A stretch of 63,100 bases of DNA, the filler included. It is 5 parts of 5 records of this genome, joined end to end, with 100 filler letters (N's around TTAATTAATTAA, not from the genome) between each part and the next. Parts side by side here need not be neighbours in the genome. Positions count along the whole stretch, not along the records: positions 1 to 31,668 come from SRR20825010_3569; 4 more parts are not named here. One strand, written 5' to 3'. The first letter of the stretch is position 1. The number at the start of each line of letters is the position of its first letter. The translations under genes and the position numbers were made by a program. Below, piece by piece: positions 10,051 to 18,956 of this stretch. The notes beneath the pieces are model-generated. The model was not told the DNA's origin, did not search any database, and was given only the letters and a program-made list of their open reading frames with translations.

Positions 10051-10386
10051 CTACTGTGATAAAAGATACGATTACTGCTTGATGCAGATCAGAAAGTGTG
10101 CATTGCAAGGTAATTACTGCTTGGTGCAGATCGAAAAGTGTGTGATGCAATGTAAACACTGCGTATTGCAATCTGATAGATGTGTAATGCAGTGTAATTG
10201 CTGTGTTATGTATTAGAAATGGTGCGTTATGCAGAAAGAATACTGAGTTCTGCACTACAAAAAGTGTGTTCTGCACTAAAATGACTGGTTATTGAAAGAA
10301 AAAGAATGTGATTGGATAGCCAAATACTGTGTTATGAACTCGCATTTTTGCTTACAATGGAACAAAAACTGTGATGCTATTTGAAA
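10051..10386. repeat. Degenerate tandem array of 16 x 21-bp units; central units carry a TGY-N5-GCA palindrome
   Basis: TG at unit positions 5-6 in all 16 units; TGCA at positions 12-15 in 9 units; near-duplicated 42-mer at 10072-10113 and 10114-10155. Confidence 0.9.
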
Positions 10387-10434
10387 TAAAGTAGGTGCGA
10401 TGTATATTTAGTGAGGAAAAAACGGTTATTGGAC

Positions 10435-10776
10435 ATGTTGAAACTGAACCTCACCTACATGATGCGCCTAAGGGGAATATCCAGTCCCTATTCGTATATG
10501 AAAAAACTGGGCATGAGCCACGATGTAGCCCGGCGACTGGCCCTCAATCAGGCTGTGAGCCTGAATCTGAATCATTTTACCGCACTTTGCACGGCACTTT
10601 ATTGTACGCCAAACGACTTGCTTGAGTATACAGCCGGCAACATGCAGACGGATGCAAAGCATCCCTTGCACACCCTGAAACGTGACACGGCCAGTCTGGA
10701 AAGCATAGAGAAGCTGCGCAAACTAGCTCCCGATAAAATCAGTCAGCTCAAAGAATGGCTGGAGGGTTTGGAGTGA
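10435..10776 (+). CDS. XRE/Cro-C1 family helix-turn-helix protein
   Basis: LCTALYCTPNDLLEY motif; ATG 10435 preferred, GTG 10411 possible. Confidence 0.8.
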   Translation: MLKLNLTYMMRLRGISSPYSYMKKLGMSHDVARRLALNQAVSLNLNHFTALCTALYCTPNDLLEYTAGNMQTDAKHPLHTLKRDTASLESIEKLRKLAPDKISQLKEWLEGLE

Positions 10777-10816
10777 AGGAAAATATTTGAAATGGTATAA
10801 ATTACTGCATATCGCA

Positions 10817-11959
10817 ATGAGATATCTGATCCTCTTACTTCTACCTTTTTCACTTTTCAGCCAATCTGAAGAGGAGTTTCATTCAACTGAACAAGAGAAC
10901 TACTATAAGAGTCTGGATCGCGACTATTCATTCAACCCAACTCCAATCGACATTGCTTCCAAGAACTGGTTTGATCATGTTAGAATTGTTGAAACAACTG
11001 GGAACTACAAAGCTCCAGATGTCAACGAGAACATGATGGAGAAAATTGGTCGAGATATCGATTTGTTAGAGCCTGCAAAACTTCAAATGATAATCAGAGA
11101 GTCACAAATTGTTGCCCGTGCAGAACGAAACGGAACAACTGTAATCCTCTACATGGACTCCAAATTCGATGAATTTATGTGGGGTGAACCTGGCTACTGG
11201 ATCGAGCTTAACACAAATTGTGAGAGTAGATTCTACTACACTGGACTTACCAAAAACTATTTCTTCAACCTTTATAAAAGTGAACTCCCAGTGTGGAAGA
11301 ACGACTCAATTCTTCAATTCAGAGCTCTGAACGTTAGAATGACTAAACCCTTTATTCATCCAATTGAACCTCCAAAATATGAGACGCTCAGAGAGAACAT
11401 GATTATTGAACTTAACCTGAACCTAATCATGAGAGACTCAGATGGGGATGGTTTGACAGATGTTGTAGAAGATAAAATGATGACCAACCCAAAGTCTACT
11501 GACACGGATGAAGATGGTATCTCAGATTTGGATGATACTAACCCAAGATTCAAGAGCATTCGAACCAACAGAACATTGATGTTTGCTGGCCTTCTTGATG
11601 CCTACACAAATGACACGCTGAAAATCCATAATAACCAAATAATCAATCCAAAGAGACCATCACGAATTAATGAACTTGAACCAAGAATTTACCTCATAGT
11701 TTCAGATGATCCTGATGTTCAAAGAACTCCTTTTGATTATAACCAATACATCATTTTGTCAATCTCTGAATTCGAAGAATATCACAAGAAATATCCGGTT
11801 TCATTTAACGACATAACCATTTCACGAACATTCAAACTTGACAACTACCCTAACGCTTTTAAGATTTCAATATCCAGGAACATAGGAGGTGAAGAATACA
11901 TAGTAGTCGAACGAAAGAACGGATACGACATAACTATGTATTCAACTTGGATACATTAA
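10817..11959 (+). CDS. Secreted hypothetical protein with thrombospondin type 3-like calcium-binding repeats
   Basis: Signal peptide MRYLILLLLPFSLFS; DSDGDGLTD and DTDEDGISD. Confidence 0.65.
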   Translation: MRYLILLLLPFSLFSQSEEEFHSTEQENYYKSLDRDYSFNPTPIDIASKNWFDHVRIVETTGNYKAPDVNENMMEKIGRDIDLLEPAKLQMIIRESQIVARAERNGTTVILYMDSKFDEFMWGEPGYWIELNTNCESRFYYTGLTKNYFFNLYKSELPVWKNDSILQFRALNVRMTKPFIHPIEPPKYETLRENMIIELNLNLIMRDSDGDGLTDVVEDKMMTNPKSTDTDEDGISDLDDTNPRFKSIRTNRTLMFAGLLDAYTNDTLKIHNNQIINPKRPSRINELEPRIYLIVSDDPDVQRTPFDYNQYIILSISEFEEYHKKYPVSFNDITISRTFKLDNYPNAFKISISRNIGGEEYIVVERKNGYDITMYSTWIH

Positions 11960-12129
11960 CAGAGCTCGAACAAATGCTCTCGCGCAATCGGCTTTTCCGA
12001 GTGATTAATATTCTGAAAGCCTATGGCTTGAATAACAGGGTTTGAGAATGTCTCATTGGCTGTAGTGAATGCAGGCAGAATGCCTGATAAATAGAGGTCA
12101 CTGGGCAATGCCGAGCGACTACAAGAGAT

Positions 12130-12858
12130 ATGAATTTAGTTAATGACATGGTCGGTTCTGGAAGGCTTAAGCTATCATTTTGGACTAGTTTAAGTCACTA
12201 TTTTATTGTCATTTTTCTATTACTCATTCCCGCGTTTTCAACATTCTCCTTAATTGAATACTATTTCCTCGAATCCTATGACGGTATGCTTACACCACAT
12301 GAATTAATTAATGGATACTTAATGATTATACCTGCAGTTGTGTTTTTTTTCGTCCAAAAGAATCGATTAAAATTCAAGAAGTATGAAATCACAGCCTCGG
12401 AAGAGGAAATTGAGATGGCCTTAATGAAAACTGTCGATGAACTTAATTGGCGAATCGATGAGAAGTCAAAAGGTTTCATAAGGGTATTTCGTAGTTGGGA
12501 TTTCTCTGTAGGTTTTGGCGAAATGATAACTATAATACCAACTGAAAAATCCATATTAATCAATAGTATCTGTGACCCAAACAAAGTATCTGTGACCTCC
12601 TTTGGTATGAATAAAACCAACATACGAACCTTTGCTATCAATCTCTATAATCAAGTTAATGGGACATCAATTCTTAAACCAGAAGAAAAGACGAACAATT
12701 GGTCGTTAGGAAATATTATCTTCAGAATTTTTGCTTATCCCTTTTGCATTGGTCTGATTCTTTTTTCAATCTTCCAACTTTTCCCAAACGATGAAATAGG
12801 CCTGGGATTTTCGGCAATTCTAATTTCAGCATTCTATTTCTATACCGATTTAACTTGA
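12130..12858 (+). CDS. Hypothetical membrane protein
   Basis: 242 aa with several hydrophobic segments. Confidence 0.6.
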   Translation: MNLVNDMVGSGRLKLSFWTSLSHYFIVIFLLLIPAFSTFSLIEYYFLESYDGMLTPHELINGYLMIIPAVVFFFVQKNRLKFKKYEITASEEEIEMALMKTVDELNWRIDEKSKGFIRVFRSWDFSVGFGEMITIIPTEKSILINSICDPNKVSVTSFGMNKTNIRTFAINLYNQVNGTSILKPEEKTNNWSLGNIIFRIFAYPFCIGLILFSIFQLFPNDEIGLGFSAILISAFYFYTDLT

Positions 12859-12897
12859 AAAAACCAGCAAAGCCCAGCGACTACATCTTCAGGTGAG

Positions 12898-12929
12898 ATT
12901 CCTGATCTCCGCTTCGCTGCGTCAGGAAT
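12898..12929. repeat. REP-like palindrome
   Basis: ATTCCTGA-N16-TCAGGAAT perfect inverted repeat. Confidence 0.55.
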
Positions 12930-13140
12930 GAGGTCAATGCTTGAATGCATTGATCCGAATTACGTTTACCCCATTTCATTAAGGTTTATTGGTTTCGGGA
13001 GCGAGGTGCGTGGAGACGGGGGTTTATACATCATAACTACCAGTACCTCCCTTCGAAAGAAAATAATCATGCTTTAAGGCATGGCGGAGTGGAGGTGCTT
13101 GCTTTTATTTGCGCCTCCATTTCATTTGCCAGCCTTCTAA

Positions 13141-14064
13141 ATGACTCAAAACAAGCTTACAGGAATACATCCGGAAACCGCAGGTATTGCGTTAGGCATT
13201 TTTTCGGCTCTGGGCTGGAGTATGACCGGCATTTTTGTGAAACTGCTACCCGGTTTATCTCCCTGGATGATTGTATCGGCCCGGTGTTTTATCGCGTTTT
13301 TTATTGCCCTCATTTTTACGCTTTTCCGAGCCGGTAAGCGTCCTTTCTCAGAAATAAGCAACAAAGAAAACTGGCTGCTTGCCGTATTTATGATGTGGTA
13401 CTACGTCACGGCTGTGTCGGCGTATCAACTTACCAGCGTGGCAGAAGTGGCTATTTTGCTCAATACCTCGCCCATGTTTGCCATTGGTATCCGGATTTAT
13501 CGGGGAGGAGCAGTAGCCAGGAACGAATGGATAGGTACTGCCATCGGTCTGGCCGGTTTGTTGATCATTATGTTGCCGGAATTTTTTATTGGAAACGAAA
13601 TCAACTTTTCTCGGATCAGCGGAGGACTGTTGGCTCTGGTTAGTAGCTATCTCGTTACACTTTATGCGGTGCGCATCGAACATGCTTCTGCCAAAGGAAG
13701 GAAGGTGAGTATCTCGTCCATCACCTTACTTACCTACCTTTTTGGAGCTGTTTTTATGCTGATCTTCAGCCTGTTTTTTGATGGGATTGATGAGCTTGGT
13801 AAAATGACTGGAACGAAAGAGTTATTGTTGTTGCTGGGTCTTGGTGTTATTTCCACGCTGATTCCTTCTGTAAGTTTTGGGTTGGCAGCTAAAAAAATTA
13901 ACACGGTAAAACTCACAACGATCCGCTTGTTGATCCCTGTTTTTGCTTCGCTGCTGGCTTATATTATACTTGCTGAGAAACCAGTTTTTTGGGTGATCCC
14001 CGGTGGAGTGTTGATAATTGCAGGGGTTTTGATAGGAATGAGAAAAGAGGCACAGAACGATTGA
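13141..14064 (+). CDS. DMT/EamA family transporter
   Basis: About 10 TM segments; TSVAEVAILLNTSPMF; ILAEKP..GGVLIIAGV. Confidence 0.85.
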   Translation: MTQNKLTGIHPETAGIALGIFSALGWSMTGIFVKLLPGLSPWMIVSARCFIAFFIALIFTLFRAGKRPFSEISNKENWLLAVFMMWYYVTAVSAYQLTSVAEVAILLNTSPMFAIGIRIYRGGAVARNEWIGTAIGLAGLLIIMLPEFFIGNEINFSRISGGLLALVSSYLVTLYAVRIEHASAKGRKVSISSITLLTYLFGAVFMLIFSLFFDGIDELGKMTGTKELLLLLGLGVISTLIPSVSFGLAAKKINTVKLTTIRLLIPVFASLLAYIILAEKPVFWVIPGGVLIIAGVLIGMRKEAQND

Positions 14065-14286
14065 AAGCACGAATGAGTGTAGTCAATGTAAGCTCGCTTG
14101 CGGTTAACCAGCGATTCAAAAGGAGCATTTTTCGGATTATAATCCGCTGTTTAGAGACTATCTCTTACTAATGATTTTAAAAAGCGCAAAAACTGATATT
14201 TATTAGCTTGCTGCTTTGGATAAATTGATCTCTTTGAGGTTGCGAATGAACCATTCAATACCTTTAGATAGAAATAGATCATCGAG

Positions 14287-16704
14287 ATGTTAGTACCTGT
14301 GGAAGTCGAAACCAAATGTTATCACTGCGGAGATTCCTGCGAAAGCGATCCAATCGTTTTTGATGAGCAGGTTTTTTGCTGTCATGGGTGCAAGGCTGTC
14401 TACGAACTGATTCAGCAAAGCGACTTGACCAGCTACTATCAAGGTAAAGACTTAAAGGCTGCAAAAGTCAAAGATCAGGCCGCCATTGAGCGAAAATACG
14501 GTTTTCTGGATCAGCAGGAGGTGATCAGTAAATTGCTTCGATATCACGATGAGACCGTTTCTGTTGCTAAATTTTACCTTCCAGGTATTCACTGCAGTTC
14601 GTGCATATACCTGCTAGAGCATCTGCCGAAACTCGATGACAACATTCTTCGCTCCGAAGTGAATTTTATCCGAAAGGAAATCAACATCACCTTCAATAAT
14701 CAGCTTAGTTTAAAGGCACTTGTGATCACGTTGGCTTCTCTTGGGTATGAGCCCGCTATCAATCTGGAAAATGTAGAAGGGACTACAAAAACAGCAAAGA
14801 AATCGACTTTGGGAACCAAAATTGCCATAGCAGGTTTTTGCTTTGGAAACAGCATGCTGATCAGTTTGCCCGAATACCTGGATGCAGATTTTCAGCTGGA
14901 AACGGTTTTTAAATCCCTATTCGGTTGGATCAATCTTGGACTTGCTTTACCAGTCGTTTTATACGCCGCACAGGATTATTACAGGAGCGCATGGGCAGGT
15001 ATCAAACATCGTTTCCTGAATATTGATGTACCCATTACTTTAGGCATTCTCACCCTTTTCGTTCGTAGCGTTTATGAAATCACCGCCGGACAGGGAGTTG
15101 GTTTTATCGATTCGCTGAATGGGCTGGTGTTTTTTCTTTTGATTGGGAAATGGTATCAGGCCAAGACCTATCAGGCGCTTTCTTTTGAGCGTGATTACAA
15201 GTCCTATTTTCCGGTTTCGGTTACACGAATGCGCGATGGAAAAGAAGAAAATACCATGCTGAAATACTTGAAGGCCGGTGATGAAATCGTCCTACACAAT
15301 CTGGAACTGATTCCTGCAGATGGATTTATTGCTGGCGGTACCGCCAAAATCGATTACAGCTTTGTGACAGGGGAGGCGGAACCCGTTGCAAAGGCTGTGG
15401 GAGAAAAAGTATTTGCGGGGGGACGGCAGTTGGGCAGTCAATTAAACATCCTTCTTGAGCGGGAAGTGGTCAGTAGCGAGTTGGCGCAGCTTTGGAATGC
15501 CGAATTGCATGCTGAAAAGGAAACCAATAAATACGATGCGTTAATCGATCGGGTAAGTAAGTATTTCACCATCGTGATTCTGCTTCTTGCCACGTTTACC
15601 GGAGTTTATTGGGGATTGAACGATCCAGACAAAATGTGGAATGTCGTTGCAGCAGTACTGATCGTTGCATGTCCGTGTGCGCTGGCTTTGGCTCTGCCCT
15701 TTGGTTTGGGGCATGGCATGCGTCTGCTGGGGACAAAAGGATTGTACCTTAAAAATGCCCAGGTTATTGAGCGTATGGCCAAGATCAGGGAGATCGTTTT
15801 TGACAAGACCGGAACGTTGACGGGGAGTGATGCCAAGGGATTGCGATTTGAAGGGAATGCTCCTAGCGATTTTGAAGCTTCTTTGATTAAATCCGCTTGT
15901 GCCTGCTCCGCACATCCATTGAGTAAACACATCGCCCAGTCATTTGGCGATCACATCCTAAAATTGCCAGTTTCAAGTTTTGAAGAAGAAATTGGGAAGG
16001 GTTTCGCTGCGGTCGTTTCCGGTGTGGAAATCAAAGTGGGGTCCGCTTCCTGGGTTGATGTACCTCAATCAACTGACCGGCAGGAATCAAGTGTCTATGT
16101 GCGTATGGACAATGAATACAAAGGTTGCTTCAAAATCCACGCAAACTATCGTCCGTGTATTTTTGAGATGCTAGTTGATTTGAGAAAAGGATACCGATTG
16201 CATTTACTGTCGGGCGACAATTCGTCCGAGGAAAACAAACTAAAGCCGTATTTTGATCAATTGAATTTCAATCAAAAACCAAAAGACAAACTAACAGCCA
16301 TTCAGTCACTTTCACGCAACACGCTGATGATCGGTGATGGACTGAATGACGCGGGAGCGCTCAAACATGCCGCTGTGGGTTTTTCTGTTTGCGAAGACAT
16401 TCACCAGTTTAGTCCGGCCTGCGATGCATTAATGCAGGCTGATGCTGTCAAAGACACACCGGAAATGCTTCGCTTTTCAAAGGCAGTCATGCGCATCATT
16501 GTTGCAGCCCTGATCATTTCCTTTGCCTACAACATTGTTGGGCTTTCCTTTGCGATTACGGGCAATCTCACACCCGTTGTTTCCGCCATTCTGATGCCTG
16601 TAAGTTCTGTGACTGTAGTGGGCTTTATCACCTTGATGGTGAATTGGAGAGGCGGGAGGATTTTTAGAAAAGAAATAGATAAGGAGAATACCGACATCCC
16701 TTAA
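14287..16704 (+). CDS. ccoI: Heavy-metal P1B-type ATPase (CcoI/FixI)
   Basis: CYHCG..FCCHGC, HCSSC, TGE, CPC, DKTGT, GDGLND; linked to the cco genes. Confidence 0.9.
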   Translation: MLVPVEVETKCYHCGDSCESDPIVFDEQVFCCHGCKAVYELIQQSDLTSYYQGKDLKAAKVKDQAAIERKYGFLDQQEVISKLLRYHDETVSVAKFYLPGIHCSSCIYLLEHLPKLDDNILRSEVNFIRKEINITFNNQLSLKALVITLASLGYEPAINLENVEGTTKTAKKSTLGTKIAIAGFCFGNSMLISLPEYLDADFQLETVFKSLFGWINLGLALPVVLYAAQDYYRSAWAGIKHRFLNIDVPITLGILTLFVRSVYEITAGQGVGFIDSLNGLVFFLLIGKWYQAKTYQALSFERDYKSYFPVSVTRMRDGKEENTMLKYLKAGDEIVLHNLELIPADGFIAGGTAKIDYSFVTGEAEPVAKAVGEKVFAGGRQLGSQLNILLEREVVSSELAQLWNAELHAEKETNKYDALIDRVSKYFTIVILLLATFTGVYWGLNDPDKMWNVVAAVLIVACPCALALALPFGLGHGMRLLGTKGLYLKNAQVIERMAKIREIVFDKTGTLTGSDAKGLRFEGNAPSDFEASLIKSACACSAHPLSKHIAQSFGDHILKLPVSSFEEEIGKGFAAVVSGVEIKVGSASWVDVPQSTDRQESSVYVRMDNEYKGCFKIHANYRPCIFEMLVDLRKGYRLHLLSGDNSSEENKLKPYFDQLNFNQKPKDKLTAIQSLSRNTLMIGDGLNDAGALKHAAVGFSVCEDIHQFSPACDALMQADAVKDTPEMLRFSKAVMRIIVAALIISFAYNIVGLSFAITGNLTPVVSAILMPVSSVTVVGFITLMVNWRGGRIFRKEIDKENTDIP

Positions 16705-16764
16705 GGCGTGATGATATGCTGAGATAAAATTCTCGTTGATTGAAATAATAGCTATTTTAACAAA

Positions 16765-16959
16765 ATGAAAGGTGTAACTATCATCAAAGACGAGACACAC
16801 AATAAGCGATTTGTTCAAATCGATCTTGAGGAATTGGAACTTCATCAGGATGCTGTGGAGGATTTACTGGATGTCATCATTTCTGAAAGTCGAAAAAACG
16901 ACGATGAAATAAGCTGGGATGAGTTGAAAAAACAATTGAGCCAGACCGGTAGTGCATAA
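16765..16959 (+). CDS. Small acidic protein resembling an orphan type II antitoxin
   Basis: 64 aa; EDLLDVII..DDEISWDELKKQL tail; no toxin gene follows. Confidence 0.5.
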   Translation: MKGVTIIKDETHNKRFVQIDLEELELHQDAVEDLLDVIISESRKNDDEISWDELKKQLSQTGSA

Positions 16960-16969
16960 GCCAAAAAAC

Positions 16970-17542
16970 CTAACTCACCTTAAGATCATATTTCCCCAAT
17001 AATCCAATCAGGTTGTTATTTGAAAAATGGGCTTTTTTAATTTGGTTCACCTCAGGGTCGATGGAGAAATTATAGGCGGTGCTAAAATCAGCCTTTTCCA
17101 AATTGGTATTTTGGAACACGGATCCTGTGAGGTCACAGTCATCAAAGACAGAGGCACTTAAATCGCATTCGCTGAAATCCACCTCCTGTAAGCTGCATTT
17201 TTGAAAGCTGAGCTTCTTTAAACTCAAATTGTAAAACGACGAAAGGTTGAGCTGGCAGTTTTCAAAGCTGAACGACAGAAGAAAGGGATTGCAATCGTCG
17301 AAGTGCATGCCGAGCATTTTGCAACCTTTAAATTTTACATCCTGAAAGGAGGTTGACACGACTTTAGCTGTGCTTAGGTCACAATTTTCGAATACACATT
17401 CAATGAATTTAATCTCGTTCAGGTACGTATTTGCGAACGTGCAGTTTTTGAAAACACAGTTTTCATATTCTCCTTTCGCGAGTGGATTTTCACCATAGTT
17501 CTGTCCTGCAAACTCCTGATCTTCGATGTATTCTTTACTCAT
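16970..17542 (-). CDS. Pentapeptide repeat protein
   Basis: ENCVFKNCTF..ECDLSASVFDDCDLTGSVFQNTNLEKADF; ATG 17542. Confidence 0.9.
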   Translation of the reverse strand: MSKEYIEDQEFAGQNYGENPLAKGEYENCVFKNCTFANTYLNEIKFIECVFENCDLSTAKVVSTSFQDVKFKGCKMLGMHFDDCNPFLLSFSFENCQLNLSSFYNLSLKKLSFQKCSLQEVDFSECDLSASVFDDCDLTGSVFQNTNLEKADFSTAYNFSIDPEVNQIKKAHFSNNNLIGLLGKYDLKVS

Positions 17543-17670
17543 GTGGTTTTGATGTGTTTGGCAAAAATGAGCGGCTATCAAGTGCCGTTCCGCCGTTGTT
17601 GGAATTATCTAATAACAAATGCGAGAGTTTTACGGCTTACGATGTGTTTACTTCTACAGGTGAAGGTAAA

Positions 17671-17796
17671 TCACAGGTTAACCCAATTTTCAAGATTGAT
17701 TCCAGCAAGCCGTTCAAACTCCTTTGTGTTTTGGGTTACCATCGTCAGTTTGTTCGCAATTGCTGAAGACCCTATTAGTAGATCAAAATCACTTAT
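17671..17796 (-). pseudogene. vapC: VapC/PIN toxin, C-terminal remnant
   Basis: Manual translation ISDFDLLIGSSAIANKLTMVTQNTKEFERLAGINLENWVNL*; no N-terminal part. Confidence 0.8.
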
Positions 17797-18038
17797 TAAT
17801 ATCCCTCGATTTCACTATTTTGAGTTCTGGATTCTCTGATTTCATTGATCGTTTCCTCAGGTGTTTTGTTGTCTTCCCATGCTCCAAATAAATGATCAAT
17901 TCCTTTATTCGCTTTTTTTGGAGACTCAATTGAATCAGTTAACTGGACAATAAGCTTTTGTTTGGATTGGGTGTCTAAATTTTTAAGAAAGTCAAAATAC
18001 CGGGCTCTCGACTTATCGCTGATTTTCAATGTTGCCAT
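17796..18038 (-). CDS. Putative antitoxin of the deleted vapC
   Basis: 80 aa; LFGAWEDNKTPEETINEIRESR; stop codon overlaps the vapC remnant. Confidence 0.7.
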   Translation of the reverse strand: MATLKISDKSRARYFDFLKNLDTQSKQKLIVQLTDSIESPKKANKGIDHLFGAWEDNKTPEETINEIRESRTQNSEIEGY

Positions 18039-18113
18039 GATATAAAGTTAATTGATCTAATTCATTTTAAACGATTCAGGGCTGTTTTTAGAAATATCTG
18101 AAAATTTGGGAGA

Positions 18114-18143
18114 GTGTTTGTTGGAGATAACTCCAATAAAGGC
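18114..18143. repeat. 30-bp REP-like palindrome; identical copy at 18875-18904, inverted degenerate copy at 17592-17618
   Basis: GTGTTTGTTGGAGATAACTCCAATAAAGGC, both copies preceded by AATATCTGAAAATTTG. Confidence 0.85.
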
Positions 18144-18159
18144 AAGCATTGAGCATTTA

Positions 18160-18324
18160 TTACTTACTGGCTCTTCTTTTTCTGGCTCGTTCAGCTGCCT
18201 TTCTGAAAAATTCTATCTCCTCTTCCCGACTCATCGACGAAATTTTCTTTCCCAAATCCGTTCGAATCTTATGCTGTAATTCTACCGAGTCGAAATCCTT
18301 ACCTGTTTTAATGTCAGTTTTCAT
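18160..18324 (-). CDS. 54-aa partner (putative antitoxin) downstream of the PIN gene, absent from the ORF track
   Basis: MKTDIKTGKDFDSVELQHKIRTDLGKKISSMSREEEIEFFRKAAERARKRRASK*; start overlaps the PIN gene end. Confidence 0.65.
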   Translation of the reverse strand: MKTDIKTGKDFDSVELQHKIRTDLGKKISSMSREEEIEFFRKAAERARKRRASK

Positions 18325-18775
18325 ATTCCAAAAGTTCTCTGGGTGTTCGTATTTCTAATACGTTATACCCGTTTTTAAGATTTACTGCATTGTACAGTCT
18401 GATTTTATTCAAATTGACAATATGCTTAAAATTCCAGCTTGCTAGAATATTAATACCGTTCACTGTTGCGGTCGCTATATGGCGGCAATCTGTTAGGCTG
18501 GTTGGCCCCACAATACCTTCCGATTGATAAATATCTGCTAAATCAATCGCTTCTTCATTATAATCTGCCTCTAATCTCTTTCCGTCGGGAATCTGATCAA
18601 GAAAATTGCGGACATAATTTGGTGCATTTTCCAATTCGGCATCCAATAATGCAGAGGTCGCAATTCTATAAACGCCTTCATTGACAGATTTAAAAAAGAG
18701 CTTCGTCCAAAGTTCGAACTCTTTATCAAAAACTCCGCCAACTACCGAAGTGTCTATATACACCAGCTTAGTCAT
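18314..18775 (-). CDS. PIN-domain toxin
   Basis: VYIDTSVVGGVFDKEF; DCRHIATAT; SWNFKHIVN. Confidence 0.9.
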   Translation of the reverse strand: MTKLVYIDTSVVGGVFDKEFELWTKLFFKSVNEGVYRIATSALLDAELENAPNYVRNFLDQIPDGKRLEADYNEEAIDLADIYQSEGIVGPTSLTDCRHIATATVNGINILASWNFKHIVNLNKIRLYNAVNLKNGYNVLEIRTPRELLEYEN

Positions 18776-18956
18776 GTTTCAAATTTCACTAAAAGATGAG
18801 GGCTTTGCAACTTGAGCTGCTTGAGGCCTAAAAATACAGCAATATCTGAAAATTTGTAGTTTGTTTGTTGTAGCGTGTTTGTTGGAGATAACTCCAATAA
18901 AGGCCAGAGTAGGACACGAGGCAGTACCTCGCGCTGAGCGGGGGGAGCTACTCTGT

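Noticed and set aside
8752-10059. Short ORFs 8752-8949 and 9868-10059 with WEWGISDFG repeats
   Set aside because: They are translations of the heptamer repeat tracts, not credible genes.
10051-10386. CRISPR array interpretation of the periodic regions (also 2083-2355)
   Set aside because: No constant repeat with unique spacers, the 21-bp period is too short, and there are no cas genes.
9792-12129. Integron attC-like remnants after AT-rich orphan genes (CATAACAATATGTATAA at about 9797; CTCGAACAAATG at about 11965)
   Set aside because: No matching GTTRRRY partner or foldable attC could be shown by eye and there is no integrase; IntegronFinder would be needed.
16970-17542. Qnr-type quinolone resistance gene
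   Set aside because: Generic pentapeptide repeat protein; Qnr-specific features cannot be confirmed by eye.
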